From the sequence record OP870147.1: a DNA stretch of 64,000 nt. One strand, given 5' to 3'. Of this stretch, positions 40,885 to 51,899 are shown piece after piece. This DNA is from Escherichia phage vB_Eco_F31. How positions within the stretch are numbered: position 1 is the first letter of the stretch; each line of letters begins with the position of its first letter. The notes under the pieces were generated by a model that saw only the letters and a list, made by a program, of their open reading frames with translations, did not search any database and had not been told where the DNA came from. The position numbers and the translations under genes were made by a program.

Positions 40885-40885
<1 letters not shown>
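40694..40885 (-). CDS. hypothetical protein (63 aa)
   Basis: ATG at 40885 overlaps pseT stop; overlaps next ORF by 20 nt. Confidence 0.45.
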
Positions 40886-41971
<1,086 letters not shown>

Positions 41972-41972
<1 letters not shown>

Positions 41973-42271
41973 TATTTGATTCCTAAGAAAGCTTCAAGAA
42001 TACGAATGTTGAGTTCGCGCCGGTCTTTATTAATTTCAGCAACGTTTTTATTAATTGACGTACTTCTAACGTTTGAAGAAATAAATTTAATCATATGACT
42101 TTTGAGTTGTTGCAAATCCAACCCTTTTTCTTTAGCAGCTTTACGAAGAGCTTTACCTGCTTCATCTAGTGCTTTTGCCGCATCTTTATCATAATTGCCA
42201 AGTGACATTCCGCGGCAGATATCAATATACTCATCAGACCGTTTGATGTAATTCTCTAGTAATGTTTTCAT
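41972..42271 (-). CDS. hypothetical protein (99 aa)
   Basis: ATG at 42271 with AGGA RBS and early-promoter motif (perfect TATAAT) upstream. Confidence 0.5.
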
Positions 42272-42299
42272 TTAGATTTCCTCAATTATCCATAGGAGC

Positions 42300-42329
42300 A
42301 TTATACTCTGCTCCCGAGAGTTTGTAAAC
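42300..42329 (-). promoter_or_regulatory. early-promoter-like motif GTTTAC-N18-TATAAT
   Basis: Minus strand GTTTAC ... TATAAT (perfect -10), then GAGGA and ATG of 99-aa gene. Confidence 0.5.
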
Positions 42330-42553
42330 TATTTTACTAAAGATTCAATATACTCATGAAGAGCTTTAGTCGCTACTGCCCACTTATTCTGATATTCATT
42401 TTTCAGATTAGCACGAGACTGAACTAACAAGCGGTCATTAGTCGGAGGCAAAGATTCTAATCGTTGAATCTGGCGTCCATAAATCATAGCCGCCATTTCA
42501 GATTCATAGATAAGCCCTTTAATGTATTCATGCTGTTCTTTAGTCATTGGCAT
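42329..42553 (-). CDS. hypothetical protein (74 aa)
   Basis: ATG ORF overlapping o-spanin end. Confidence 0.5.
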   Translation of the reverse strand: MPMTKEQHEYIKGLIYESEMAAMIYGRQIQRLESLPPTNDRLLVQSRANLKNEYQNKWAVATKALHEYIESLVK

Positions 42554-42834
42554 TTTTCCTCTTTTAAACCACTACGATAATAACATAACATAGTCTTCTG
42601 GTCATGTATATATCTTTTTACGTCGTTTAACCAGATACGAAATTCTTGAGAGTCTTCAAATGGCATTCCAACCCACGGATTACCATCAATAACCTTTACT
42701 TGCCATTTCTGGTTGTATTCGGAAATAGGCGTAGGCCATGAAGGATGTAAAGTTTCTTTAGGGCTTACTGGCACATCCTGAGTACATCCAACTAGGAGAC
42801 CAATAGATAATACAGCCACAGTTAATTTAATCAT
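42544..42834 (-). CDS. pseT.2: outer-membrane spanin (Rz1-like lipoprotein)
   Basis: 96 aa; signal peptide with lipobox LLVGC; adjacent to an i-spanin-like gene as T4 pseT.2/pseT.3. Confidence 0.65.
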   Translation of the reverse strand: MIKLTVAVLSIGLLVGCTQDVPVSPKETLHPSWPTPISEYNQKWQVKVIDGNPWVGMPFEDSQEFRIWLNDVKRYIHDQKTMLCYYRSGLKEEKCQ

Positions 42835-43187
42835 TCTGAGAGCTTCCTGAGGTCTTCTGCAAAGGAATCGAAGGACCTGTTGATTTGTTTTTCGACCAAT
42901 CCTGGTTTACTTGCCACCACGTTCTTCTTCTTCGAATCCTTACGGAGCTTTTCATTTTCGGCCTTAAGTTGGTCAGCTAAAACACGATTCTTATAAGTCA
43001 TTTCTTCGATTGACTGATATTGAGCTTTGAAGTCGTCTAATACTTTAGCATTGTTTTTAGCAGTCTCTTTAACAGAAGCTAATTCAGTATTCAACGAATC
43101 AACTTTGTTGTTTAAGATAACTATTGTTATAGTAGAAACTAGAGCAAAAGCTGCTACTATAGCATAAATCGGATTTACTTTAAGCAT
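42831..43187 (-). CDS. pseT.3: inner-membrane spanin (Rz-like)
   Basis: 118 aa; N-terminal transmembrane helix (IYAIVAAFALVSTITIVIL) then coiled-coil; between alc and o-spanin. Confidence 0.65.
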   Translation of the reverse strand: MLKVNPIYAIVAAFALVSTITIVILNNKVDSLNTELASVKETAKNNAKVLDDFKAQYQSIEEMTYKNRVLADQLKAENEKLRKDSKKKNVVASKPGLVEKQINRSFDSFAEDLRKLSE

Positions 43188-43675
43188 GTTTTAATAATCT
43201 CAATGATTTCATCTCGGGATAATCCATTGATAAGAACGGTTTTCAAACCATCACACTGGATTTTGTACGATTCAAACAATACACACAACTCTTCTGCTGT
43301 ATGATATGGACTTGAAATTCCGAGGCGGTTGAATTTGTCGGTAAGAGGGTCGCAAATAATGTAGAATTTTATACCTGCGATATGTACGTTTGGTTGACTA
43401 ATATTAACGAAAACATTAGCGTCATATTTAGTCAAATTGTTTTGAAGAAATTCTACCATGGCATTAACTGCTTCTGGCATCGCTTCGCGTTTCTCTTCAG
43501 CGTATCGGGTGGAATACTCTTTTTGTTTTACTTTCTTTTTAAGATTTTTGGCCAGTGTAACACGTAGGTCAGTAAGATAACCAACTGGACGTCCTTTCTT
43601 AAAGACTCGGATTCCGTCAGTTGTGTCTCCAAAAGCGGTTACGACCATATCATTAGTAATCAATTGCATATTCAT
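43175..43675 (-). CDS. alc: Alc (inhibitor of host transcription on dC-DNA)
   Basis: 166 aa (T4 Alc 167 aa); position between rnlA and spanins as in T4. Confidence 0.7.
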   Translation of the reverse strand: MNMQLITNDMVVTAFGDTTDGIRVFKKGRPVGYLTDLRVTLAKNLKKKVKQKEYSTRYAEEKREAMPEAVNAMVEFLQNNLTKYDANVFVNISQPNVHIAGIKFYIICDPLTDKFNRLGISSPYHTAEELCVLFESYKIQCDGLKTVLINGLSRDEIIEIIKTCLK

Positions 43676-43705
43676 AATTTTCTCCTCGTGTTATTGATAA
43701 AAGCC

Positions 43706-43735
43706 ATAGTAACACCTTCCTTGGTGTTTGTAAAC
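43706..43735 (-). promoter_or_regulatory. early-promoter-like motif GTTTAC-N18-TACTAT upstream of alc
   Basis: Minus strand GTTTAC ... TACTAT, then GAGGAG and ATG of alc; directly after rnlA stop. Confidence 0.45.
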
Positions 43736-43737
43736 CA

Positions 43738-44871
<1,134 letters not shown>

Positions 44872-44888
44872 TCAGTTAGTTTTTTTAA

Positions 44889-44918
44889 ATTGTACCACAA
44901 TCCTTGTGGTATGTAAAC
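44889..44918 (-). promoter_or_regulatory. early-promoter-like motif GTTTAC-N18-TACAAT upstream of rnlA
   Basis: Minus strand GTTTAC ... TACAAT; spacer contains inverted repeat CCACAAggaTTGTGG; then GAGGA and ATG. Confidence 0.45.
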
Positions 44919-45328
44919 TACTTTTTCTTATGTTGGATATTCCAAGGCGGGTTGAACTTTTTGATAAAAAGTGGTTCTTCAAGGTCCATTGTTGCGATGG
45001 TCATTGAACCAAGTTCGTTGGTGACTGAAAGGTCAAAACATTGGCGGGCCCAGAATTCAACCTTTTTGCCTTGCATTAAGGCATCCAAAATCATAAGTGA
45101 TTTTCTTGAATCTGAAGTCTGGTCTTTTCGATTTATGGCTGTTCGATAATAGTTAATGCGTTTCTTTAAATTCTTGGTTTTACCAATATACACGAGTTCG
45201 TCATCTATAGCAATAGCATATATGACATTTTTCTTATTAGGGACATCAACTGTTTTAATTGTTGCATCTTCTAATAGCTCCAATTCTGTATATTTAATAA
45301 AGGAATATTCGGCGGCGATATCTTTCAT
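44918..45328 (-). CDS. denA: endonuclease II (GIY-YIG-like)
   Basis: 136 aa, same as T4 DenA; VIYAIAIDDELVYIGKT motif. Confidence 0.85.
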   Translation of the reverse strand: MKDIAAEYSFIKYTELELLEDATIKTVDVPNKKNVIYAIAIDDELVYIGKTKNLKKRINYYRTAINRKDQTSDSRKSLMILDALMQGKKVEFWARQCFDLSVTNELGSMTIATMDLEEPLFIKKFNPPWNIQHKKK

Positions 45329-45336
45329 AATAAAGT

Positions 45337-45350
45337 GGGACCGAAGTCCC
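45337..45350 (-). terminator. hairpin GGGAC-UUCG-GUCCC (minus strand) between nrdB stop and denA start
   Basis: 5-bp stem with UUCG loop 9 nt upstream of denA ATG; no U-tract. Confidence 0.35.
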
Positions 45351-45354
45351 GTCC

Positions 45355-46533
45355 TTAGAAATATTTTTTGTATGAATTGATTACATTTTGGTCTACATCA
45401 TTATCAATTTGTGCGACAAGATAAGAACTGATTTCAACTTCTTGTGGGGCTGCTTGAACCAAATCAGAGTTCAAATACTCACGAATCCATGGAATAGGAT
45501 GACGAGTTGATACGTCTTTAAGAGGACATGGCAGACCACAACTACGCATACGAGACACGGTAAGATAATCCACAAATTCACTTAGGATTTTAACATTTAG
45601 ACCTGGAAGAGCACCATCTTTAAACAAGTGTTCAGCCCATTCTTTTTCTTGAGCGTTAACTTCCATGAAAATATCAACTGCTTCTTGTTCACACTCTTGA
45701 GCAATTTTGACCCATTCATCACCGTCTTCGCCATCTTGTAAAGCACGAATAATATATTGAGTGCCCTTGAGGTGGAGCTGTTCATCACGAGCAATGAACT
45801 TCATAATCTTGGCATTACCTTCCATGATTTCCATATTCTTGTGGAAGTTAAAGGTGCATGCGAAAGATACATAAAAACGAATAGCTTCTAAGGCATTAAT
45901 AACGTGCAAACAGAGGTAAAGAGATTTCATTAGCTCACGCTTCCAATATGTCTCATGCTCAATAGCATCTTCAATAACGTCTTCGTCTGCATTAATTTCT
46001 TTTTGGTATTCGATATCAGCTTTAGCGTTTTCCCAATAACGAGCTTTAACCAGAACATCATCATAATATCGTCCGATAGATTCGGCACGCTTCATAATAG
46101 CTTCATCTAATACAATCTCATCAAACACCTTCGATGGATCTGTATAAAGATTTCGCATAATATGAGTATATGAACGAGAGTGAATAGTTTCACTGAAAGT
46201 CCATGTAGCAACCCATGTATCTAATGAAGGGTCTGAAAGCAATGACATAAGTACCGCAGATGGTGCTCTACCTTGGATAGAATCTAATAATGATTGATAC
46301 TTAAGGTTGTTGGTAAAGATGTCCTGTTGGAACTGTGGAAGCTTATTAAACTGGGCCGAATCCAACATCAAGTTTACTTCCTCGGGACGCCAAAAGAACG
46401 AGAGCTGCTTTTCGATAAGCTCTTCAAAAACTTTATGACGCTGAATATCATACCGTGCGAGGCCAAGACCAGAACCAAAGAACATCGGTTCGTTCAAAAC
46501 ATCGACTTGTTGTGTGTTAAAAACTGTACTCAT
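45355..46533 (-). CDS. nrdB: ribonucleotide reductase small subunit (uninterrupted)
   Basis: Track start 46545 is GTG; ATG at 46533 gives MSTVFNT as T4 NrdB; di-iron/tyrosyl radical protein; no intron-like interruption. Confidence 0.9.
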   Translation of the reverse strand: MSTVFNTQQVDVLNEPMFFGSGLGLARYDIQRHKVFEELIEKQLSFFWRPEEVNLMLDSAQFNKLPQFQQDIFTNNLKYQSLLDSIQGRAPSAVLMSLLSDPSLDTWVATWTFSETIHSRSYTHIMRNLYTDPSKVFDEIVLDEAIMKRAESIGRYYDDVLVKARYWENAKADIEYQKEINADEDVIEDAIEHETYWKRELMKSLYLCLHVINALEAIRFYVSFACTFNFHKNMEIMEGNAKIMKFIARDEQLHLKGTQYIIRALQDGEDGDEWVKIAQECEQEAVDIFMEVNAQEKEWAEHLFKDGALPGLNVKILSEFVDYLTVSRMRSCGLPCPLKDVSTRHPIPWIREYLNSDLVQAAPQEVEISSYLVAQIDNDVDQNVINSYKKYF

Positions 46534-46587
46534 TATATTTCTCACTTAGTTATTAACTCATCCATGAGTAAATTATAATAAAAAGTC

Positions 46588-48843
46588 TTAAAGCTTACAA
46601 GCAGAACAATCTTCTGCTTTAGGTGTTTCTAATTCATAGTCGTCTGTACCAGACCCATCACGAGTGTTATGATAGTAGAGGTTTTTTCCGCCAAAGTACC
46701 AGAAGTAAAGCAGATCGTCAAGCATTACTGACATTGGCACTTTACCTTTCTCAAATACTGCAGGGTCATAGTAAGTATTAGCAGAAGCAGATTGGCACAC
46801 CCATTTCAACATGATAGCAACTTGGGTCAAATAAGGTTTATTACCTTTCTTAGCAAGTTTCCACGCGTAATCGTAAAGACTCATGTTATGTTCGATATTA
46901 GGAACAACCTGTCGGAAGTTGCCTTCTTTAGATTCTTTAATACTTACTGGACCACGTGGTGGCTCAATCCCGTTTGTAGAGTTTGATACTTGACTGCTTG
47001 ACTCACAAGGCATGAGTGCAGACAACGTTGAGTTACGAATTCCATGTTCTTTGAGTTCAGCTCGAAGTTCTTCCCAGTCACAGACGTAGTTCGGGGCTGC
47101 GATTTGGTCAATCTTTTTATTGTACCAGTCGATAGGTAATTCGCCTCTAGACCATTTAGTGTCTGAATAATACTCGCAACATCCTTTTTCTTTGGCGAGT
47201 TTGATTGATGCTTTGATAAGGCCATATTGTAATCTCTCAAACAATTCATGAGTCAAATCGTTAGCGTCTTCATATGAAGCAAAGTTAGAAGCTAACCATG
47301 CAGCATAGTTCGTAACACCAACACCAAGATTACGACGCTTTTTAGCTTTTAAAGCTTCTGGAACCGGATAATCTTGATAGTCTAACAGGTTATCAAGTGC
47401 ACGTACTTGTACTTCAGCAAGTTCATTAATTTTATCTTGGTCTTGCCAATCAAATTTATCTAATACAAAAGCAGATAATGTGCATAAACCAATTTCAGCA
47501 TCAGGACCATTCACATCATTAGTTGGAATAGCGATTTCACAACATAAGTTACTCTGACGAATTGGAGCTTTTTCACGAATAAACGGAGTGTAGTTATTCG
47601 TGTTATCAACAAACTGTGGATAAATTCGAGCAGTACCAGAGCGTTCAGTCATGAACAATTCAAAGAGTTCTAGTGCTTTGATTCTTTTCTTTCTGATTGT
47701 TGGGTCTTTTTCAGCTTTCTCATAAAGCTCACGGAATTTATCTTGATCTTCAAAGAACGAGTAGTATAGTTCGCCTGACATTTCGTGAGGGCTAAATAAA
47801 GTAATATAATCATTTTTACCAAGGCGTTCCATCATAAGGTCATTAATCTGAATTCCGTAGTCCATATGCCGAATACGGTTTTCATCCACGCCTTTGTTAT
47901 TTTTCAGAACTAATAGGTTCTCTACTTCTAAGTGCCACATCGGATAATACGCTGTAGCAGCACCACCACGAATACCACCTTGAGAACAAGATTTTACTGC
48001 AGTTTGGAAATGTTTCCAGAATGGAATAACGCCCGTATGTCGAACTTCACCCATACCGATCTTAGAACCTTCTGCACGAAGCATACCAACGTTGATACCA
48101 ATACCAGCTCGTTTAGAAATATATTCAATAATTGATGCTGAAGTTTTGTTAATAGATTTTAACGAATCACCGGCTTCAATAACTACACAACTAGAGAACT
48201 GGCGAGTTGGAGTACGAGCACCTGCCATAATTGGGGTTGGCAATGAAACTTGATGAGTAGAAACGGCATCATAAAAACGAATAATATGTTTCAAACGGTC
48301 ATGAGTTTCGTCTTGATGCAATGCCATGCCAATAGCCATGATAGCAAACTGTGGAGTTTCATAAATCTTCCCAGTTGTTTTATCTTTAACTAGATATTTT
48401 TCTTTAAGCTGCATAGCACCAGCATAAGTCAGGTCAAAGTCTCGTTCATGTTTAATCTGTGAATCGAGATAAATGATTTCTTCTGCTGAATATTGAGACA
48501 ACATCTCAGGGTCATATTTGCCTTCATTAACACAATAAGAAATATGGTCGATAAAAGCAGGCGGTTCAAACTGCCCATATACATCTTTACGAAGTGCAAA
48601 CATTAGCCCTTTGGCGGCGACATACTGATAATCAGGTTCTTCGACAGAAATCGAGTTAGCTGCAACTTTAATACAAATCTTCTGGATATCTTTGGTGCTC
48701 ATCCCGTCGACAAGATGGGTCTTAATTTCTTCGTACAATTCATATGGGTCGATTTGTGTTCCTTCACATTGCCAGGTCAGAACTTGGATAATTTTCTGTG
48801 CATCAAAATTTTGGGATACGCCACTGCTCTTAGTTACTTGCAT
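46588..48843 (-). CDS. nrdA: ribonucleotide reductase large subunit
   Basis: 751 aa; ATP-cone N-terminus and class I RNR catalytic regions; size as T4 NrdA. Confidence 0.95.
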   Translation of the reverse strand: MQVTKSSGVSQNFDAQKIIQVLTWQCEGTQIDPYELYEEIKTHLVDGMSTKDIQKICIKVAANSISVEEPDYQYVAAKGLMFALRKDVYGQFEPPAFIDHISYCVNEGKYDPEMLSQYSAEEIIYLDSQIKHERDFDLTYAGAMQLKEKYLVKDKTTGKIYETPQFAIMAIGMALHQDETHDRLKHIIRFYDAVSTHQVSLPTPIMAGARTPTRQFSSCVVIEAGDSLKSINKTSASIIEYISKRAGIGINVGMLRAEGSKIGMGEVRHTGVIPFWKHFQTAVKSCSQGGIRGGAATAYYPMWHLEVENLLVLKNNKGVDENRIRHMDYGIQINDLMMERLGKNDYITLFSPHEMSGELYYSFFEDQDKFRELYEKAEKDPTIRKKRIKALELFELFMTERSGTARIYPQFVDNTNNYTPFIREKAPIRQSNLCCEIAIPTNDVNGPDAEIGLCTLSAFVLDKFDWQDQDKINELAEVQVRALDNLLDYQDYPVPEALKAKKRRNLGVGVTNYAAWLASNFASYEDANDLTHELFERLQYGLIKASIKLAKEKGCCEYYSDTKWSRGELPIDWYNKKIDQIAAPNYVCDWEELRAELKEHGIRNSTLSALMPCESSSQVSNSTNGIEPPRGPVSIKESKEGNFRQVVPNIEHNMSLYDYAWKLAKKGNKPYLTQVAIMLKWVCQSASANTYYDPAVFEKGKVPMSVMLDDLLYFWYFGGKNLYYHNTRDGSGTDDYELETPKAEDCSACKL

Positions 48844-49139
48844 ATGTCCTCTATATTAAATTCGTCTTTAAAAAGTTTATTAACCACTAGAGCTATTATA
48901 TCACCATGACAGGCTTTTGGTTTACATGTGCATCCCAGACGCATACCACGTAAAGGTTCTAGATGAGCTTTTGTGATTTCTCCACACTTAATTCTCTTAA
49001 TAAAATCCTTTTTGAAAAGCTCAATAGCTTCTTCTCGGGAAGAGGCATCCTTGCCTACATAATTTCCCCAGAATGTGCCACGATGAATATTAACATCAAA
49101 ATCGGATTTATATTTATTCACAACGCGGCACATTTTCAT
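48834..49139 (-). CDS. small Cys/His-motif protein (101 aa), position of T4 nrdA.1
   Basis: Motif LGCTCKPKACHGD; overlaps nrdA start by 10 nt; ATG overlaps upstream stop. Confidence 0.55.
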   Translation of the reverse strand: MKMCRVVNKYKSDFDVNIHRGTFWGNYVGKDASSREEAIELFKKDFIKRIKCGEITKAHLEPLRGMRLGCTCKPKACHGDIIALVVNKLFKDEFNIEDICK

Positions 49140-49393
49140 TACATGTCCTCTGCAATAATTTCTTCGTATTCTTTAGGAGTCAAGACCGTGATATTAAAAT
49201 AAACCAACGGTTCTTTTTCTATACCGAATCCACCACAGAATTCACGATATTCATAAATTCGTTCATGTGAATAACAAATGAATCGTTCACCTTTAACTGT
49301 GATTTCACTATTTGGTGAAGGGATATCCAGTTCACTTGGATTTTTCATTTCAAAAATTGTGGTGCCATATGAATTAATAAAACGTAAAATCAT
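49139..49393 (-). CDS. hypothetical protein (84 aa), between td and nrdA
   Basis: ATG ORF in operon orientation. Confidence 0.5.
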   Translation of the reverse strand: MILRFINSYGTTIFEMKNPSELDIPSPNSEITVKGERFICYSHERIYEYREFCGGFGIEKEPLVYFNITVLTPKEYEEIIAEDM

Positions 49394-49394
49394 T

Positions 49395-50255
49395 TTATAC
49401 CGCCATTTTAGCTTTGATAGCTGGATGAGATTCGTAATTTTTAAGAACGAAATCAGAATGTGTCATCGTTCCAGTAACCCAGTCCATTTGGATTTTTGTA
49501 GGCCAATTCTCAAAATTACTAGGCCAATTAATTTCAAGAGAACATAACTCTTTAGGTTCACGACGAAGAACTTCTTTGCATTGTTCTACATGATTGCTGT
49601 AGATATGCGTGTTGCCGCCTGAGAACACTAAATCACCTGGGATAAGGTTACACATCTTCGCTACAATATGCGTCAAGGCAGCGTACGAGGCAATGTTGAA
49701 CGGCAGGCCCAAGAAAACATCTACACTGCGTTGATACCATTGTAAATCAAGATGCCCATTACGCACATTAAATTGATAGAACATATGACAAGGAGGAAGA
49801 GCCATTTGGTCAATTTCGGCAGGGTTCCATGCAGAAACTATTTGACGACGATCATTAGGAAGAGCTTTAATACGGTCGATAGTTTTGACCAATTGGTCTA
49901 CACCACCAAAATCACGCCATTGCTTACCATAAATAGGACCAAGTTCGCCGCTATGATATCCAAGGTCTTTTGCCTGATTTTCATAGTTGTCGTCCCAAAT
50001 AGTTTTACCTTGAATAAGACTACCATGAGTACGAATACGCAAATCATTAACATTGGTAGAACCAGACATGAACCACAGTAACTCGGCAATACAAGCTTTC
50101 CATGCTAATTTCTTAGTTGTTACTGCAGGGAATCCTTTAGTCAGATCCCAACGTAATTTAGTTCCGAACAGGGCAATAGTGCCGGTACCTGTACGGTCGT
50201 CTGTTTCGTAGCCATTTTCTAGGATATCATTAATCAGGTATTGGTATTGTTTCAT
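49395..50255 (-). CDS. td: thymidylate synthase (uninterrupted, no intron)
   Basis: 286 aa, same as T4 Td; catalytic PPCH motif; continuous reading frame. Confidence 0.95.
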   Translation of the reverse strand: MKQYQYLINDILENGYETDDRTGTGTIALFGTKLRWDLTKGFPAVTTKKLAWKACIAELLWFMSGSTNVNDLRIRTHGSLIQGKTIWDDNYENQAKDLGYHSGELGPIYGKQWRDFGGVDQLVKTIDRIKALPNDRRQIVSAWNPAEIDQMALPPCHMFYQFNVRNGHLDLQWYQRSVDVFLGLPFNIASYAALTHIVAKMCNLIPGDLVFSGGNTHIYSNHVEQCKEVLRREPKELCSLEINWPSNFENWPTKIQMDWVTGTMTHSDFVLKNYESHPAIKAKMAV

Positions 50256-50839
50256 TTATAAACGCTCTCAGTAATTTCGGTGAGTTCATCGATTCTGTAG
50301 TAATGAGATTCTACCATAGAACGTTGAAGCATAATATCTTGGATGAAATCTTTATCAAGTTGAACGTCTGAATTAACACGACATTTCTTAATGATTTTAG
50401 TCATCACGATTTCATCGGCATAAGGCAGTGCTTGTTTTAATAAAGCGGGGCCACCAATAACAGATACATCAACATGTTCAGTAGAAAGTTTAAACGGTAC
50501 ATCAGTTGCAGGGCTAAACAGGTTAATTTCATCACCTGTTACCAAGGTAATAAATTCAGATTGGGTGATATAGAACCGTGCAAGTTCATCAGTTTTAGTC
50601 CTAGGCAGTTTTCTGGCCATATCAGTGACAACCACATGAGTACGATCTGGGAGTAGACGAGGTAATGATGCAAATGTATTAGCACCCATAACCATTACAG
50701 TGTTTTTAGTGCGAGCAACAAAGTTACTCATATCTTGTTTGATATGCTTCCATGGAAGTCCATCACCTAATCCAAAAGCATATTCCAGTTTATCATCAAC
50801 TGTTTTAGATGGTGCGCATGCGAATACTAATTTAAGCAT
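50252..50839 (-). CDS. frd: dihydrofolate reductase
   Basis: 195 aa from ATG at 50839 (MLKLVFACAPSKTVD, cf. T4 Frd MIKLVF...); the 223-aa track ORF adds a 28-aa N-terminal extension overlapping the upstream gene. Confidence 0.85.
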   Translation of the reverse strand: MLKLVFACAPSKTVDDKLEYAFGLGDGLPWKHIKQDMSNFVARTKNTVMVMGANTFASLPRLLPDRTHVVVTDMARKLPRTKTDELARFYITQSEFITLVTGDEINLFSPATDVPFKLSTEHVDVSVIGGPALLKQALPYADEIVMTKIIKKCRVNSDVQLDKDFIQDIMLQRSMVESHYYRIDELTEITESVYK

Positions 50840-51080
50840 TTTTAAGTCCTTTAATAACTTTTTGGATTTGTGATTTAGAAGAAACCAAATCAGTCTGGAT
50901 TTGACAACCATCGGTTGGGTCAAATATTATAACACAAACGCGAGGTTTTGTTGTGTATCGCCCGGACAAATCAAATGCGTCACCAATGAATTCGGCCAAA
51001 TCCGGATGGTCTAAATTAACTGAAGTATAAACTTCATATCCGACATCAGCGCCTTGAGAGTATTCAACAACAACATTCAT
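50832..51080 (-). CDS. hypothetical protein (82 aa), frd.1 position
   Basis: ATG ORF ending 7 nt from frd start. Confidence 0.5.
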   Translation of the reverse strand: MNVVVEYSQGADVGYEVYTSVNLDHPDLAEFIGDAFDLSGRYTTKPRVCVIIFDPTDGCQIQTDLVSSKSQIQKVIKGLKNA

Positions 51081-51082
51081 AA

Positions 51083-51331
51083 TTATTTCCTCAGATTTTT
51101 CTTAACAACTTTCCAATCAGCTTTAAACGATTCAACATCAGAGTGGTGAATCCAGAATCCTGCACTTTCACCATCTTCGTAGAGTGGACATCCATCACAT
51201 TCTTCGTTCCAACCCATTTCACGTAAAGCTTCTTCAGCTTGTTCAAGGAGTTCAGCGTCTTTACCAACGATGTTGAAGTACCATTTACCTCTAACTTCAG
51301 AATCTTTGATGCTCTGGCGTTGCAATCTCAT
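51083..51331 (-). CDS. hypothetical protein (82 aa from ATG at 51331)
   Basis: Track start 51346 is GTG; ATG at 51331 has AGGAG RBS and early-promoter motif upstream. Confidence 0.5.
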   Translation of the reverse strand: MRLQRQSIKDSEVRGKWYFNIVGKDAELLEQAEEALREMGWNEECDGCPLYEDGESAGFWIHHSDVESFKADWKVVKKNLRK

Positions 51332-51364
51332 TTTATTCTCCTTCACTTTTGATTTGATAGGGCT

Positions 51365-51394
51365 ACTATAACATAACCCTATCTTGTTATAAAC
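51365..51394 (-). promoter_or_regulatory. early-promoter-like motif GTTTAT-N18-TATAGT
   Basis: Minus strand GTTTAT ... TATAGT; -10 bracketed by inverted repeat GATAGGG/CCCTATC (51356-51383). Confidence 0.4.
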
Positions 51395-51786
51395 TACTTT
51401 TTAAAAGTTTTTTGCAAAAGTTCGATGATTTCGTCGACGTTGGTTTCATCTACGACACAATGTATTTTTGTTACACCTAAAGTTATACCTTCGTTAGTAG
51501 GTTGAGGCTTTACTATATCTACCTCAGTAAAGTATTTGAACTCGTCAGGATAAATCTCAAAATAAGTTTCAATTTCACCACCGGCAGAACATACAGTACC
51601 ATCTTCCATAGTTACACTTACTACGTTTGACGTATCGCTATCATAATCAGGTTCCATTCCGTTTACAACAAAACTAGGCCCATGGAGTTCAATCAATTTT
51701 AACATCTTAGCGTTATTGTGTGGTGCTTCTTGAACAAAGTCATCTTTAAATAAAGGGTTAATGATATAAGATTTTCCGATTTCCAT
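51394..51786 (-). CDS. hypothetical protein (130 aa)
   Basis: ATG at 51786 with AGGA RBS and early-promoter motif upstream. Confidence 0.55.
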   Translation of the reverse strand: MEIGKSYIINPLFKDDFVQEAPHNNAKMLKLIELHGPSFVVNGMEPDYDSDTSNVVSVTMEDGTVCSAGGEIETYFEIYPDEFKYFTEVDIVKPQPTNEGITLGVTKIHCVVDETNVDEIIELLQKTFKK

Positions 51787-51815
51787 TTTGATTTCCTCAT
51801 GTTGTTGATAGGTCT

Positions 51816-51844
51816 ATAGTATCATGTTTAAAGGAAAAGTAAAC
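51816..51844 (-). promoter_or_regulatory. early-promoter-like motif GTTTAC-N17-TACTAT
   Basis: Minus strand GTTTAC ... TACTATAGACCTATCAACAACATGAGGAAATC then ATG of the 130-aa gene. Confidence 0.45.
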
Positions 51845-51875
51845 AACTTTTTCGGCAATTTACAGATACTCAAAA

Positions 51876-51893
51876 GGGAGACCGAAGTCTCCC
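51876..51893 (-). terminator. rho-independent terminator GGGAGAC-UUCG-GUCUCCC + U-tract (minus strand) after gene 32
   Basis: Identical 18-nt hairpin 7 nt after gene 32 stop, followed by UUUUG. Confidence 0.55.
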
Positions 51894-51899
51894 AATTTA

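Noticed and set aside
50840-50923. 28-aa N-terminal extension of the frd ORF as listed in the six-frame track (start 50923)
   Set aside because: The extension overlaps the upstream gene, and the T4-like Frd N-terminus (MLKLVF...) begins at the internal ATG at 50839, right after the upstream stop.
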